Shown here piece by piece: positions 18,200 to 27,542 of a stretch of 41,902 nt of DNA (positions within the stretch are counted from its first letter, which is position 1; every line of letters starts with the position of its first letter). The position numbers and the translations under genes are program-made. This DNA is from a virus (taxonomy: Duplodnaviria; Heunggongvirae; Uroviricota; Caudoviricetes), in the IMG/VR virus record IMGVR_UViG_2778261315_000003; one strand, written 5' to 3'. The notes beneath the pieces were generated by a model that saw only the letters and a program-made list of their open reading frames with translations, was not told where the DNA came from and made no database searches.

Positions 18200-18663
18200 T
18201 ATTTTCTCTCCATGTGAAATCTGTGGAAATTAAGACCAAGAGCACCATAAGGCGCGGCTTCTTCAAGCCTGAATCCAAGCCAGTGCAGCCATGCTTTGGC
18301 AACATGGTTTCGCTCGTCGACGTAGTTTTCCAGGCGCGGATAAACTGCCAGCATCTGCTGCAATACAGGGCGGCAGTGGCGAAGAAATGTCTTCTGATAT
18401 TTTTCAATACGGCTGGTTCCGATCAGCCAGGGCGTACCATTGCCACCGATCATTGACGCCGGAGATACACCAAACATGGTTACCAGTTCTCCGTTCGCGA
18501 ACCCTGACCAGGCCATAGTCGCAGTGCGCAGACCAACACGCAGCGCATCTTCGGTAGTCATCAGCGATACCGCATACAGTTCGTCAATATCAGCCTGACG
18601 AACATCCGGCAAAATCATCTGAAGATGCTCTTCGGTAGCGGGAATAATTTGAACGTCGATCAT
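18199..18663 (-). CDS. virion-associated hypothetical protein (gp13 position)
   Basis: 154 aa ORF tightly packed between tail-tube and gp14-like genes. Confidence 0.45.
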   Translation of the reverse strand: MIDVQIIPATEEHLQMILPDVRQADIDELYAVSLMTTEDALRVGLRTATMAWSGFANGELVTMFGVSPASMIGGNGTPWLIGTSRIEKYQKTFLRHCRPVLQQMLAVYPRLENYVDERNHVAKAWLHWLGFRLEEAAPYGALGLNFHRFHMERK

Positions 18664-21134
18664 CAGAATCCCCCAACAGTAAGGCGAGGAATAACGGCAA
18701 GAACAGACAGCGGCAACGGATCAAGCTGACGGATTTTTACACGTCCGTTTTTGCCCCAGTTACTGTCCAGTTTCACTTCTACTTTTCCGGTAGCATCATC
18801 AACAGGATCATCGTAGAACTCGAATTCACGCTGTGGATATTCGTACCATTTACCGCCGGGCGTAGTCGCCCAGATGCCGCGACTGGCATTCACAACCAGA
18901 GTAACGGAGGGGATCACCTGTTTTTTGTCCAGCAGCGTTTCCTGTCCGTTAATGTTGATATCCAGTGTTTCGAATTCAGCAGTTATTGGCAGGCCGATGT
19001 GCACTACAGCCCCCGGAGATTCCAGCGTGACGGCACCTCCGGAAACCACTTTCTGTGGTTCCACGTTCGCATCAGAGAGAATGTTTACGGTCTGACCTTC
19101 AAGATGAGACAAGCCGCCAAATGCCCGGCGCGCCATCTGCCAGTTCGTGGTGGCCACATTCCTGAGGGATGGCGGGACGTTCCTGTTAGGACGAACCACT
19201 ACAGCGGTATTGCTGGTTACAGAAATAATGTCGCAACGTAATTCTTTTGACACTTCATCGCCAGTATCAGGATCCGTTCCGGTATAAGGGAACTGTAGTT
19301 GCGCGCCGACATCACTACTGGTGAAGTACGCACCACCAGAAACACTGATTGTATATTCCGCGCGGTAATCCCATTCGCCAGAACCACCAGTGATGATCAT
19401 CGTTCTGTCAGACGTATTTCTTCCATCATAGCTAAGGCCAGAATCAACAAAGAAAGCATCTTCATCGCTGGTAAATAAACGGCTGGACAGTCTCTCGATG
19501 TATCTCACTGTTTGCCCGTTAACGGTTCGGTTAACGACGAAATACACCGCATCTTCATTGCCTTCGCTGATACTGCATGTGCTTTCATATTTTCCGGTAC
19601 TGGATTGTGGTGCCCATGCGAAAACCTGCTGATCACGCAGATAGGTCATTACCAATAATTTACCGTCATCACGAATGCAGAATGCGCTGGAGTAAGGGAC
19701 AATCGAGAAGCACCAGTCAACAATGCTGTGCTTCTGAAAAAGATGATTGGCAAGGATAGTAAGGTCGTTCCCCTGATAGCCGTCAACATCGAATGAGTAG
19801 GCCAGATCACGGACAACACTGCCTTTCTCCTGGACGAACAGAGCAATATTCGCCACAGCAATTGGTGGGACGTTGCTTGAGCCATTTGATCCCTGAGAGC
19901 TGAATGCAAATGATGATGGGGTTAACACTTTGTTCTGGTCGCCGGTGATGACGTACTCACCTCCGGAAGTCAGCGCCACCAGCGAACCAACATCAATCAG
20001 GTGGCGGATCTCATTAACCTGACGCCCGGCATAGGTGTAGATAATTCTGTCGTCATCCTGCGTAGGATTGCTTTTGCCAAAATCCTTATAATCCCCGGTA
20101 CGGCTGGCCCAGATAGTCTGAGGGAACGCAGTCGATGCGGCGAAGTAAAGACGTTGTTGATAATAAACAACAGTGCCAGGATAACCATTAACACTGTTCC
20201 AGGCATATTTAGCCCATTTATAGCTGGCATTATCCTCGCCAACGACCTGCGAAGGGATATAGGAAATCACCTCGGCAGTTGCAGTAGTGCCGTTTACAGC
20301 AGTGATACGGGCAATGCCAAACCCACTGTGCAGATACTCCCACTCAATGCCAGTATCATCATCACCGGATCCGCCCCAGCCATCCCATGATGTGCCTTCT
20401 GTATGCGAAGGGCGCAAAGTGCCTGTTTTGCCTGCTGTAACGGCGCGATAGTAGTTACTGTCTGCACGGCGAATATCGCCAATCGACGTACTCTTACTGG
20501 TTTCCCATACCGGCACTGAATCCACTGCAGGCTGTTCCAGATAGAACAATTTGCCTACCTGCTCCGCGCCAAAAATAGAGGCGCTTGCCGTTAACGTAAT
20601 TGCCCCGGTGCTGGCGCTGGCATAAACCGTCACTGACTCGTCAATATTGATATCTTCAAATGGCCCGTTCTTCGTTACCACATCAACCAGTTGCCAGTTG
20701 TCATGCGCGTAGCGGCGCAACTCTTTCGGCGGGTATGCCGGGTGAACCAGCGTAAGCACGTCGGCGCTTTGCGTGAATTTAATTCGGAACAGATCGGCTT
20801 CAGTATATGGCGTGGCAATTTCATAAATAACATTGCTGCTGTTCAGCACCAACGCACCATCTTTGATAACGCGCATGTACTGGTGCCCGAACTCCAGAGC
20901 ATAGGTCTGAACCGTCGAGAACTGGAACGGGATCAGGCGGCATTTCCGATTTGGGTATTTGGCGGCACCGATAAAACGCGTACCAGGTCGATTCTCAACG
21001 CCGCCATACTGCCGCACGATAAAGTTATCGCACTTGCGCAATGCCACCTGGTACTTCGCCATGTCGATACGACCGTACAACGACGGTCCAATCTCACCAC
21101 CGGCAAAGCTGGGCTGGATCCAACTGATAGCCAT
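18663..21134 (-). CDS. tail tubular protein B / nozzle (T7 gp12-like)
   Basis: 823 aa beta-rich protein directly after gp11-like adaptor; size and position match podovirus nozzle. Confidence 0.6.
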   Translation of the reverse strand: MAISWIQPSFAGGEIGPSLYGRIDMAKYQVALRKCDNFIVRQYGGVENRPGTRFIGAAKYPNRKCRLIPFQFSTVQTYALEFGHQYMRVIKDGALVLNSSNVIYEIATPYTEADLFRIKFTQSADVLTLVHPAYPPKELRRYAHDNWQLVDVVTKNGPFEDINIDESVTVYASASTGAITLTASASIFGAEQVGKLFYLEQPAVDSVPVWETSKSTSIGDIRRADSNYYRAVTAGKTGTLRPSHTEGTSWDGWGGSGDDDTGIEWEYLHSGFGIARITAVNGTTATAEVISYIPSQVVGEDNASYKWAKYAWNSVNGYPGTVVYYQQRLYFAASTAFPQTIWASRTGDYKDFGKSNPTQDDDRIIYTYAGRQVNEIRHLIDVGSLVALTSGGEYVITGDQNKVLTPSSFAFSSQGSNGSSNVPPIAVANIALFVQEKGSVVRDLAYSFDVDGYQGNDLTILANHLFQKHSIVDWCFSIVPYSSAFCIRDDGKLLVMTYLRDQQVFAWAPQSSTGKYESTCSISEGNEDAVYFVVNRTVNGQTVRYIERLSSRLFTSDEDAFFVDSGLSYDGRNTSDRTMIITGGSGEWDYRAEYTISVSGGAYFTSSDVGAQLQFPYTGTDPDTGDEVSKELRCDIISVTSNTAVVVRPNRNVPPSLRNVATTNWQMARRAFGGLSHLEGQTVNILSDANVEPQKVVSGGAVTLESPGAVVHIGLPITAEFETLDININGQETLLDKKQVIPSVTLVVNASRGIWATTPGGKWYEYPQREFEFYDDPVDDATGKVEVKLDSNWGKNGRVKIRQLDPLPLSVLAVIPRLTVGGF

Positions 21135-21739
21135 CAGGACAACCTCGCAATGGTAAACTCGTCAACCGGTGGCTGTGGTTCCTGTGATTCATTCTGGCTA
21201 TGCGAGCCAGCACTAAGAATCACGCGATTGTACATATTGAGGGCAAACGTACCGAGGTCTGCATTCCCAGTCAGCGCCATGTTAATAGCTGCCGCAAGAC
21301 GCCAAGCCAACGCCTCCATAAAAATGGCATCAAACATGTTCACATCTGTAACGCGAGAGACATACTTGAGCCATGCCTGCGGCTGGTCTGTGTAGATCAA
21401 TTTTCCTGTTCCGTTGGTGTCTGCACCAACTTCGTACTGAACACGCATTGCTGCTGTTGGATTGCGTACACCAGGAAGCATAATTTCAGTAATGCGCAGA
21501 CAATCGGACGGGTACTGATACGCATATTCCCAGTCAGGCGGTGGATTGCTCGTATCTGCAAGCGCCACGCGTTTGGTAGCAAAGTTCCAGTCAAAATCAG
21601 AAAGCACAGCATCACGGCAGGCCTCAAAGTGCAGCGAACATTCCCCCGCTTCCTTGCTGGCTTCCGTCAGGCTGTTAATGCTGCGGCTATTGCCAATATT
21701 GGACAGCGCACGATTGCAGATCTCTACTACAGAGGCCAT
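21134..21739 (-). CDS. tail tubular protein A / adaptor (T7 gp11-like)
   Basis: 201 aa; N-terminus ICNRALSNIGNSRSINSL resembles T7 gp11 VNDILASIGEPPVSTL by recall; precedes nozzle gene. Confidence 0.6.
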   Translation of the reverse strand: MASVVEICNRALSNIGNSRSINSLTEASKEAGECSLHFEACRDAVLSDFDWNFATKRVALADTSNPPPDWEYAYQYPSDCLRITEIMLPGVRNPTAAMRVQYEVGADTNGTGKLIYTDQPQAWLKYVSRVTDVNMFDAIFMEALAWRLAAAINMALTGNADLGTFALNMYNRVILSAGSHSQNESQEPQPPVDEFTIARLS

Positions 21740-22068
21740 TACTCACCCCCATTGCCGTACAGAGTTTCAGCCGCTGATTTTTCTACATCCCCGGAAACAG
21801 GAGCGATCGCCATATCAGTGATCTGCAGATCGGCGCTGCGATTAACACCATCGTCAGTTTCTCTGGCAGACAGGCCTCGAATAACAGCCTTTGCAGTTAT
21901 CATCACTTCTGTTCCGACGCCCTGAGGTTGCGCCTTCAGCTTATTCAATGTGTCGTTATTAAGAGTGATGCACAGCCCCCACGGGTATTCATCACGAGTT
22001 CTGGTTTCTCCGCTCTCATCCTGGTAGCTGTCAGTGCCGGTTTTGAGGTTTACGAGTTCCATATACAC
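21739..22068 (-). CDS. hypothetical structural-module protein
   Basis: 109 aa ORF in head-tail operon, translationally coupled to the adaptor gene. Confidence 0.45.
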   Translation of the reverse strand: MYMELVNLKTGTDSYQDESGETRTRDEYPWGLCITLNNDTLNKLKAQPQGVGTEVMITAKAVIRGLSARETDDGVNRSADLQITDMAIAPVSGDVEKSAAETLYGNGGE

Positions 22069-22112
22069 TCCTGCAATAAAGGGGCCGAAGCCCCTTGTCG
22101 GATTCGCGAGGC

Positions 22113-22457
22113 TTACACGCCCAGTTCTTTACGCTTATCTGCGATCTTCTCGCGGAGCGTTTCGGCTTTAGCGTTATGGTGTGGCTTCTCGTTAAAGAGC
22201 AATTCGTACTCTTCACGGAGCTTATCCAGTTCACCATCATCTGACACATCGTTGATGATTTTGGTGCTGGTTGCTGCCATAGACACCTTTCCTGCTACAT
22301 TTGCTTTTGCCTGTCTGGCTGCATCGTTAACAGGTTCCAGTGCGCTACCAGGCTCACCTTCGTATTCGATTTCTGCCCCCTCAGGCCACAGAGTGTTATG
22401 GATATGAGAGAGGCGCAGAACGCGGTATCTTGGTTTCTCACCTGACATCGATATCAC
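22113..22457 (-). CDS. hypothetical structural-module protein
   Basis: 114 aa ORF, charged C-terminus; start overlaps previous gene stop. Confidence 0.45.
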   Translation of the reverse strand: MISMSGEKPRYRVLRLSHIHNTLWPEGAEIEYEGEPGSALEPVNDAARQAKANVAGKVSMAATSTKIINDVSDDGELDKLREEYELLFNEKPHHNAKAETLREKIADKRKELGV

Positions 22458-22458
22458 C

Positions 22459-22896
22459 TTAACCAGTTACTTTTGAGCGGATCGGATACGGCGTATTGGC
22501 ATCAACATCAAGACTGATACCCGCAGTGAATTCGCCAGCCGTTAGTGGGCCAGTTGCGACGGAGTAGTTAACACGCAGATATCGCAGAACACCGGCTGGC
22601 ACCTTTGCAGAAACAACTCGCTTACCTGCTGTCAGGGTGGCCTTTGCCAACGCACCACTATCATAAATAGTGGTCCAAGAGCTGTTATTCTCACTCGTCT
22701 GCAACTGGATGTTTACAGTTGCATCACCGCTTGCCGCGGCGGCTGTGTTAACCAGCGCCCAAAACTCAAGCGAGTAACCCACGCCGATATCACGACGTTT
22801 TCCGTCAATTGGACCGAGATCGATTACGTCAGTAGAAGCCGCGGTATTCGTAACCGCCTGAGCTTCGGAGAACATCAACAGTTTGTCGGTGATCAT
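22459..22896 (-). CDS. possible capsid decoration / accessory protein
   Basis: 145 aa Thr/Ala/Ser-rich beta-type protein right after the major capsid gene. Confidence 0.45.
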   Translation of the reverse strand: MITDKLLMFSEAQAVTNTAASTDVIDLGPIDGKRRDIGVGYSLEFWALVNTAAAASGDATVNIQLQTSENNSSWTTIYDSGALAKATLTAGKRVVSAKVPAGVLRYLRVNYSVATGPLTAGEFTAGISLDVDANTPYPIRSKVTG

Positions 22897-22947
22897 CTTC
22901 TTTCTCCATTAGTGGGTCTGTTACGACCCACAGGTTAATAACAGGCG

Positions 22948-23940
22948 TTACACCACGCGGGCTTCTGTTTCCAGAAGCGCATCAGTTTCACGGATTGGTA
23001 CACCACGGAATGAAGTCCACCACTCGCCTTCTGTCTCTTTTACGCTGATCGCCAGAGATGTTTTCTCCAGAGATTGCAGATCAAGAGCCTGGCCTACAGT
23101 GCGGTTCATGTAGAACACCGGGCGACCCATGCCACGATTTGGAATGCGATGCAGTGCTTTAACCATCAACTTCGCAATATTTGCGGCAGAGGAAGGTTCT
23201 GAAAGATTGCTGACATCGATGTTTGCAATGCGAACAACATAACGCCAGTCACGCAGAGCAAGTCCGTTGTCCCATTTGTAATGGGTACGGTAGCCTTCGT
23301 ACTTGCCGCCATTCGCATCTTCCAGTGTCACCTGGCCTTTATCTTCCATCTGGATGCCAGCCTTCTGCCCTTTCGGGAAGATGCCATGCACGGTGTTTTC
23401 GCCCCACACCACTAACCAGATTGAGGTGTTATCTGTACCCGTGCCACCAGCATCAATGATGTTCTGAGCATTACCCGCAGACAGGCTGGAATAGCGGGAG
23501 GACAGTCCCATAAACTGCTGAGGGTTAACGCTGGAATCACCATAAAACAGTGTCTGCGCCATCTGCTGATTCATCGCTTCAATAAATGCGCGGTCTTCAG
23601 ACAGGCGGAATTCGGCGGTATTACCGTTCAGATCAGCCAGTGACTTATCGACTTCAGCATAGGTTTCCAGCATGCCAACGGAATCGGTGACCTGCACTGT
23701 GGTTGATTTGCTTGGCTGTACACCATAGTTCAGCAAACGCCAGGTAGCTGAAGGTAAACCAGAACGAATGGTGGTTCGGTGTCCGGTAGGAAGGTTCCCT
23801 TCGACAAAAGGCATATCCTGAAGGATCGGGTTAGTTTGACCGAGAAGCTCGATAATCTTATCGACTTTCCCGTTTGGATCGACGCGCTTACCCCAGTCAG
23901 CCAGCGTTAGCGCAGTTAAGCCTTTAACAGCCATTGTCAT
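22948..23940 (-). CDS. major capsid protein
   Basis: 330 aa; position after scaffold, before decoration and tail genes; HK97-fold-like size. Confidence 0.75.
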   Translation of the reverse strand: MTMAVKGLTALTLADWGKRVDPNGKVDKIIELLGQTNPILQDMPFVEGNLPTGHRTTIRSGLPSATWRLLNYGVQPSKSTTVQVTDSVGMLETYAEVDKSLADLNGNTAEFRLSEDRAFIEAMNQQMAQTLFYGDSSVNPQQFMGLSSRYSSLSAGNAQNIIDAGGTGTDNTSIWLVVWGENTVHGIFPKGQKAGIQMEDKGQVTLEDANGGKYEGYRTHYKWDNGLALRDWRYVVRIANIDVSNLSEPSSAANIAKLMVKALHRIPNRGMGRPVFYMNRTVGQALDLQSLEKTSLAISVKETEGEWWTSFRGVPIRETDALLETEARVV

Positions 23941-23948
23941 TTCCTCTC

Positions 23949-24650
23949 TTATTTGCCATAGAGCACTTCGGCCGCACTACGCTGGCCTTCATTACCACCG
24001 GTGACCATGCCATCTTCAGACATCGCCTTTCCGATTTTCACGAACGTTTTGACCAGATCAGGGTGATTACCCAGCCCGGTGGTGTTCAGATATTCTTTGA
24101 GTTCAGGTGTCCCGAACTGGTCAAGCGCACGCTGTGCGGCGCTAAGGTTAGAAATCAACTTGTCGCCACCGATTTCTTTGTCAGCTTTTACATCCGCAGC
24201 CCACTGCTCGGTTGTTTTCTGCCAGGCTTCTGCCTGGCGCTGCTGAACACCTGCCAGAATCTTCGGATAAGCATCAACCAGCTTTTGCGCTTGCTCGTTG
24301 GTCAGGTTTAGTTCTCGCGCCACCGGCTCGAATTCCTTCAACGCTTCTGTATCCAGCTCTACGCCTTCGGCAGCCTGAAACTCGTACTTCTCAGGCGCAC
24401 CCTCTGGTTTATCGCCGTCCTTTTTTTCATCCTGCTTATCGTTTTCAGGCTTTTTGTCATCAGCAGGTTTATCGCCATCAGCAACAGGTTGTGGCTTATC
24501 ACCTTCCGGTTGTGATGGATCACCAACTGGAGCAGGGTTATCACCTGCAGGCGCTGACGGTTCTGACGCAGCCGGAGCTGCTCCACCATCGACTGGTTGC
24601 TCATTGCAAAGACGGCGATACAGCAAACGCTCAAATAAATTCATGATCAC
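23949..24650 (-). CDS. scaffolding protein
   Basis: 233 aa; acidic Pro/Asp/Lys-rich low-complexity N-terminal half, helical C-terminal half; between portal and capsid. Confidence 0.6.
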   Translation of the reverse strand: MIMNLFERLLYRRLCNEQPVDGGAAPAASEPSAPAGDNPAPVGDPSQPEGDKPQPVADGDKPADDKKPENDKQDEKKDGDKPEGAPEKYEFQAAEGVELDTEALKEFEPVARELNLTNEQAQKLVDAYPKILAGVQQRQAEAWQKTTEQWAADVKADKEIGGDKLISNLSAAQRALDQFGTPELKEYLNTTGLGNHPDLVKTFVKIGKAMSEDGMVTGGNEGQRSAAEVLYGK

Positions 24651-24943
24651 TCCTGTTCACTGGCCTCTTTGGCCATCTTCAAATACTGTTCAGGGCAATG
24701 CGCCATAACGCGCTGAAACAGTTCCAGCGCCAGATTGCGTTGCCCCTCATTAAATGCCATTGCCATAGCGTCCATCGGTGAGATAGCGGAAAACACACGG
24801 CCTTTCTCCAGCACCGACCAGACAACGCGACGCCCCTGTTCACTGCTCATGACAAAGCGAATGTCATCAATTTCACGCTGTGCCATGTCACGTTGCTTAC
24901 GGGCGTTTTCTTCTTTCAGTTGATCATCTTCGTAATCTGTCAT
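24647..24943 (-). CDS. hypothetical small head-module protein
   Basis: 98 aa acidic ORF coupled between portal and scaffold. Confidence 0.45.
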   Translation of the reverse strand: MTDYEDDQLKEENARKQRDMAQREIDDIRFVMSSEQGRRVVWSVLEKGRVFSAISPMDAMAMAFNEGQRNLALELFQRVMAHCPEQYLKMAKEASEQE

Positions 24944-26619
24944 TGTGATTGCCCACCCTGACCACTAACTGCATTCGCCATAGCTGACAAAACACTCGGA
25001 TCCGAAGTTTTAGCTTCGCTTAGCGTCTTGGCGCCCTGTGCCGCCGCCATTCCCATCGCCATCATTTGTTGCTGCTGTTGCTGCTGTGCCCGTTGCTGGC
25101 GAGCCTGCTCAACCTGTTCCTGCGGAACAATGACGGTTGGAGACACTCCGGACATATCAGCGAATGCATCGATCGCCTGATCAACATTGAGTTTGTCGAG
25201 AGCTTCTGGTTTCGCTTGCGCAAGTTGACCAATGAAGTTAACCGTGGACGCCAGACTGGACAGGCCGATAGACTTCTGCGCCTGAGCCATGACGGAAATG
25301 TATTCGACCTTCAGGGGCATGCCTTCCATCGCGTCAGGCGGTGGCGGCAGCATGTTTTTACGCACCATCATCGAGAAAGCGCGGTCAATGAGAGGATTAA
25401 GACATTCGTCGTTCAGACGCTCCAGAACCGGCCCCAACATCAGAAGCTTTTCTTCTTTCATTTCGATCACTGCTTCAACAGGCATCGAGCGGGTATTGAT
25501 GTTCTGCAACATCATGAACAGATCGACAAAGTAGGCGCTGTTAATGATTTGGCGAGTGTCCTGAATGTCTGCTACCAGATCTGCTGTACTGGGGTTAACC
25601 AGATAAGCAGGCCTGAAACCATCCTGACCAGTAATCTGATCGATATACGTGATGTCGCCAGGAAGAAGGGAGGCGCGCTGATTCTTGAGGGAAGTCGGAG
25701 CAACCATCGGCGGATTGGTGGCTTTATCAATCAACTGCGACTTGCGCTTCTGGAGAAGCTGCAATGCCTTAACAGGTCCAAGCGCCAGCATACCCGGGCA
25801 TGATGATCCATAAACATCTTCGCCGTTAACTTCCCAGCGCGGAGCCATAATTGGAAACTCATCGAATCCGGACTCACGCAACAACTTGTCGTTATCGCCA
25901 CCAACCTCGTAATAAACCGATTTGAATGGCTTGTTCTTGCTATCCAGCTTCGATGTATCGCGGTCAATGTTCGGGTAAACCGAATGCATCACTTCAATCC
26001 ACTTCTCGTAGGTGCCGCTTTCCCACATGCTTTTTACGGATTCGCTGACGTTATTTAGCCCGAACTCCTGAACAAGCTGACGAACAGTCATAGAGAACTT
26101 GCGAAAACAGGTGTCCACACTGCCACGAGGTGAGTTAGCCAGGTAGTAACTGCCTATCGGGAATGGCATTGTGCGAATGATGTCATCGTCATCCTCCAGT
26201 ACCGCCATTGCACCAGTGCTGTATGTGCCGAGGCTTCCGTATAACTGCGGCAGCGACTGATAGAGATTCGACTTATTGAACATATCGTTCATGCGGTTCT
26301 GCACCGCCTCAAGCCACAACTTAACAGGGCCATAATCCATCATTTCAGGATCTGGCGTAGCCAGGCGAAACCACGGACGCGCGGGGCTTGTGATGCCTGA
26401 CATCATGCCGCTGGCGAGAGTTCGCGCCGCCATAGTCCCGGTCGAATCAATAATGCGTGTATTGCGTCGATCGTTACGGTTGACCTCAGAAGTCAGAAAG
26501 CGGGAACCACGCGGGTTGATGTAATCACTCAACTCGCGCCAGTGCGGCTCGAACGACTGACGCTCGCTTTCAAGTTGTGCGAACTGTTTGTTCAATCGCT
26601 CTTTAGTTGTTTCCGCCAT
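24940..26619 (-). CDS. portal (head-to-tail connector) protein, T7 gp8-like
   Basis: 559 aa; C-terminal QQRAQQQQQQQMMAMGMAAAQ tail resembles the T7 gp8 C-terminus (QQKMAQQSMQMGMDNG) by recall. Confidence 0.85.
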   Translation of the reverse strand: MAETTKERLNKQFAQLESERQSFEPHWRELSDYINPRGSRFLTSEVNRNDRRNTRIIDSTGTMAARTLASGMMSGITSPARPWFRLATPDPEMMDYGPVKLWLEAVQNRMNDMFNKSNLYQSLPQLYGSLGTYSTGAMAVLEDDDDIIRTMPFPIGSYYLANSPRGSVDTCFRKFSMTVRQLVQEFGLNNVSESVKSMWESGTYEKWIEVMHSVYPNIDRDTSKLDSKNKPFKSVYYEVGGDNDKLLRESGFDEFPIMAPRWEVNGEDVYGSSCPGMLALGPVKALQLLQKRKSQLIDKATNPPMVAPTSLKNQRASLLPGDITYIDQITGQDGFRPAYLVNPSTADLVADIQDTRQIINSAYFVDLFMMLQNINTRSMPVEAVIEMKEEKLLMLGPVLERLNDECLNPLIDRAFSMMVRKNMLPPPPDAMEGMPLKVEYISVMAQAQKSIGLSSLASTVNFIGQLAQAKPEALDKLNVDQAIDAFADMSGVSPTVIVPQEQVEQARQQRAQQQQQQQMMAMGMAAAQGAKTLSEAKTSDPSVLSAMANAVSGQGGQSQ

Positions 26620-26633
26620 TTCAATGACTCCGG

Positions 26634-26840
26634 TTACTGACCAAGCAGCGTTTTACCGCTGGTATTAGCGGTTGATGTGTCGCCCTGAGAACCGGTAAGC
26701 AGCGTAGAACTACGACCAGCAGCAGCGCGACGGCGACGTGTTTCTTCGTCGCGGGCATCAACAACGGCGGCATCCTGCTCCTGTGGTGCTGCCTGAACTT
26801 CTGGTGTTGCAGGCACTGATGGTGAGCTACCCATGCACAT
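26634..26840 (-). CDS. small hypothetical protein preceding portal
   Basis: 68 aa; good E. coli-like codon usage; preferred over overlapping frame 26621..26860. Confidence 0.4.
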   Translation of the reverse strand: MCMGSSPSVPATPEVQAAPQEQDAAVVDARDEETRRRRAAAGRSSTLLTGSQGDTSTANTSGKTLLGQ

Positions 26841-26930
26841 ATCAATGACTCCGTACGCAATTAAATTATTACCAATTTAACCACATATGATTTATTTATC
26901 GTAGACAGTTGACATTTAACGCGCCAATTA

Positions 26931-26945
26931 TTACCTTTCAGGTAA
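26931..26945. promoter_or_regulatory. palindromic operator-like site TTACCTTTCAGGTAA
   Basis: Perfect TTACC-N5-GGTAA upstream of the head operon; identical to site at 7249. Confidence 0.6.
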
Positions 26946-27267
26946 CCAAAGAGTTCATTCCGGTTACTAACCTGACTGGCTTGTCGTTAAATTGAACAGG
27001 TGGAGTGAGCTTTTATTTTGAGCAGTACGGCGTATGGCACATGCGCCGATAGCGGTCTGGATACGTTTAAGGGGCACCCTCCCTTGCTCGGGCAAACGAA
27101 CCAGGTAGCCGGAATGTGCAAGTCGAGCGGTTTTATTCCGCGCACGGGGATTCACCATCCCGGCGATTCGGTGTGACGCCTCGGAAGAGACGAGGGTACA
27201 ACGATGAGAGCATTTATGGAGCCGCGACAAAGTGTGGTGCCTTAACAGGCTAAGTGCTCTCAGCGTT

Positions 27268-27344
27268 GTGGCATTAGCTCAGTTGGACAGAGCAACCGCC
27301 TTCTAAGCGGTTGGTCGCAGGTTCGAATCCTGCATGCCACGCCA
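27268..27344 (+). tRNA. tRNA-Arg (anticodon UCU)
   Basis: Cloverleaf folded by hand: acceptor GTGGCAT/ATGCCAC, D-arm GCTC..GAGC, anticodon stem ACCGC/GCGGT with loop CTTCTAA, T-arm GCAGG-TTCGAAT-CCTGC, discriminator G, encoded CCA. Confidence 0.9.
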
Positions 27345-27387
27345 GAATCACGCCTAAGGACCGTGATGCCAGAAGTTCCAGGTGCTT

Positions 27388-27430
27388 GGCGGTGATGGTT
27401 TCCCTTGAAGGACTATCACCGCCCTTTTTA
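27388..27430 (+). terminator. stem-loop with U-run downstream of tRNA
   Basis: GGCGGTGAT-N18-ATCACCGCC followed by CTTTTT. Confidence 0.4.
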
Positions 27431-27507
27431 CAGCAGGACGCCATTGCGATGACTTCATGCTGTAAACCCGTACAGCCACGGAAGGCATAACTCATTGCTT
27501 CCAGTTC

Positions 27508-27531
27508 GCCCGGTTCGCCGGGCATTTTTTT
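27508..27531 (+). terminator. rho-independent terminator (UUCG tetraloop)
   Basis: GCCCGG-TTCG-CCGGGC followed by ATTTTTTT; only 12 bp upstream of the next ORF. Confidence 0.6.
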
Positions 27532-27542
27532 AAGATGAGATC

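Noticed and set aside
20691-21925. Long plus-strand ORFs (234 aa and 241 aa)
   Set aside because: Antisense to the tightly packed tail-tube/adaptor genes on the minus strand; Arg/Cys/Ser-rich composition typical of shadow frames.
25066-25803. 245-aa plus-strand ORF
   Set aside because: Antisense to the portal gene, whose protein has a recognisable T7-like portal C-terminus.
26621-26860. 79-aa minus-strand ORF in alternate frame
   Set aside because: Competes with 26634..26840, which has clearly better codon usage; only one can be real.
27274-27525. 83-aa minus-strand ORF
   Set aside because: Overlaps the tRNA-Arg gene and the downstream hairpins; better explained as RNA features.
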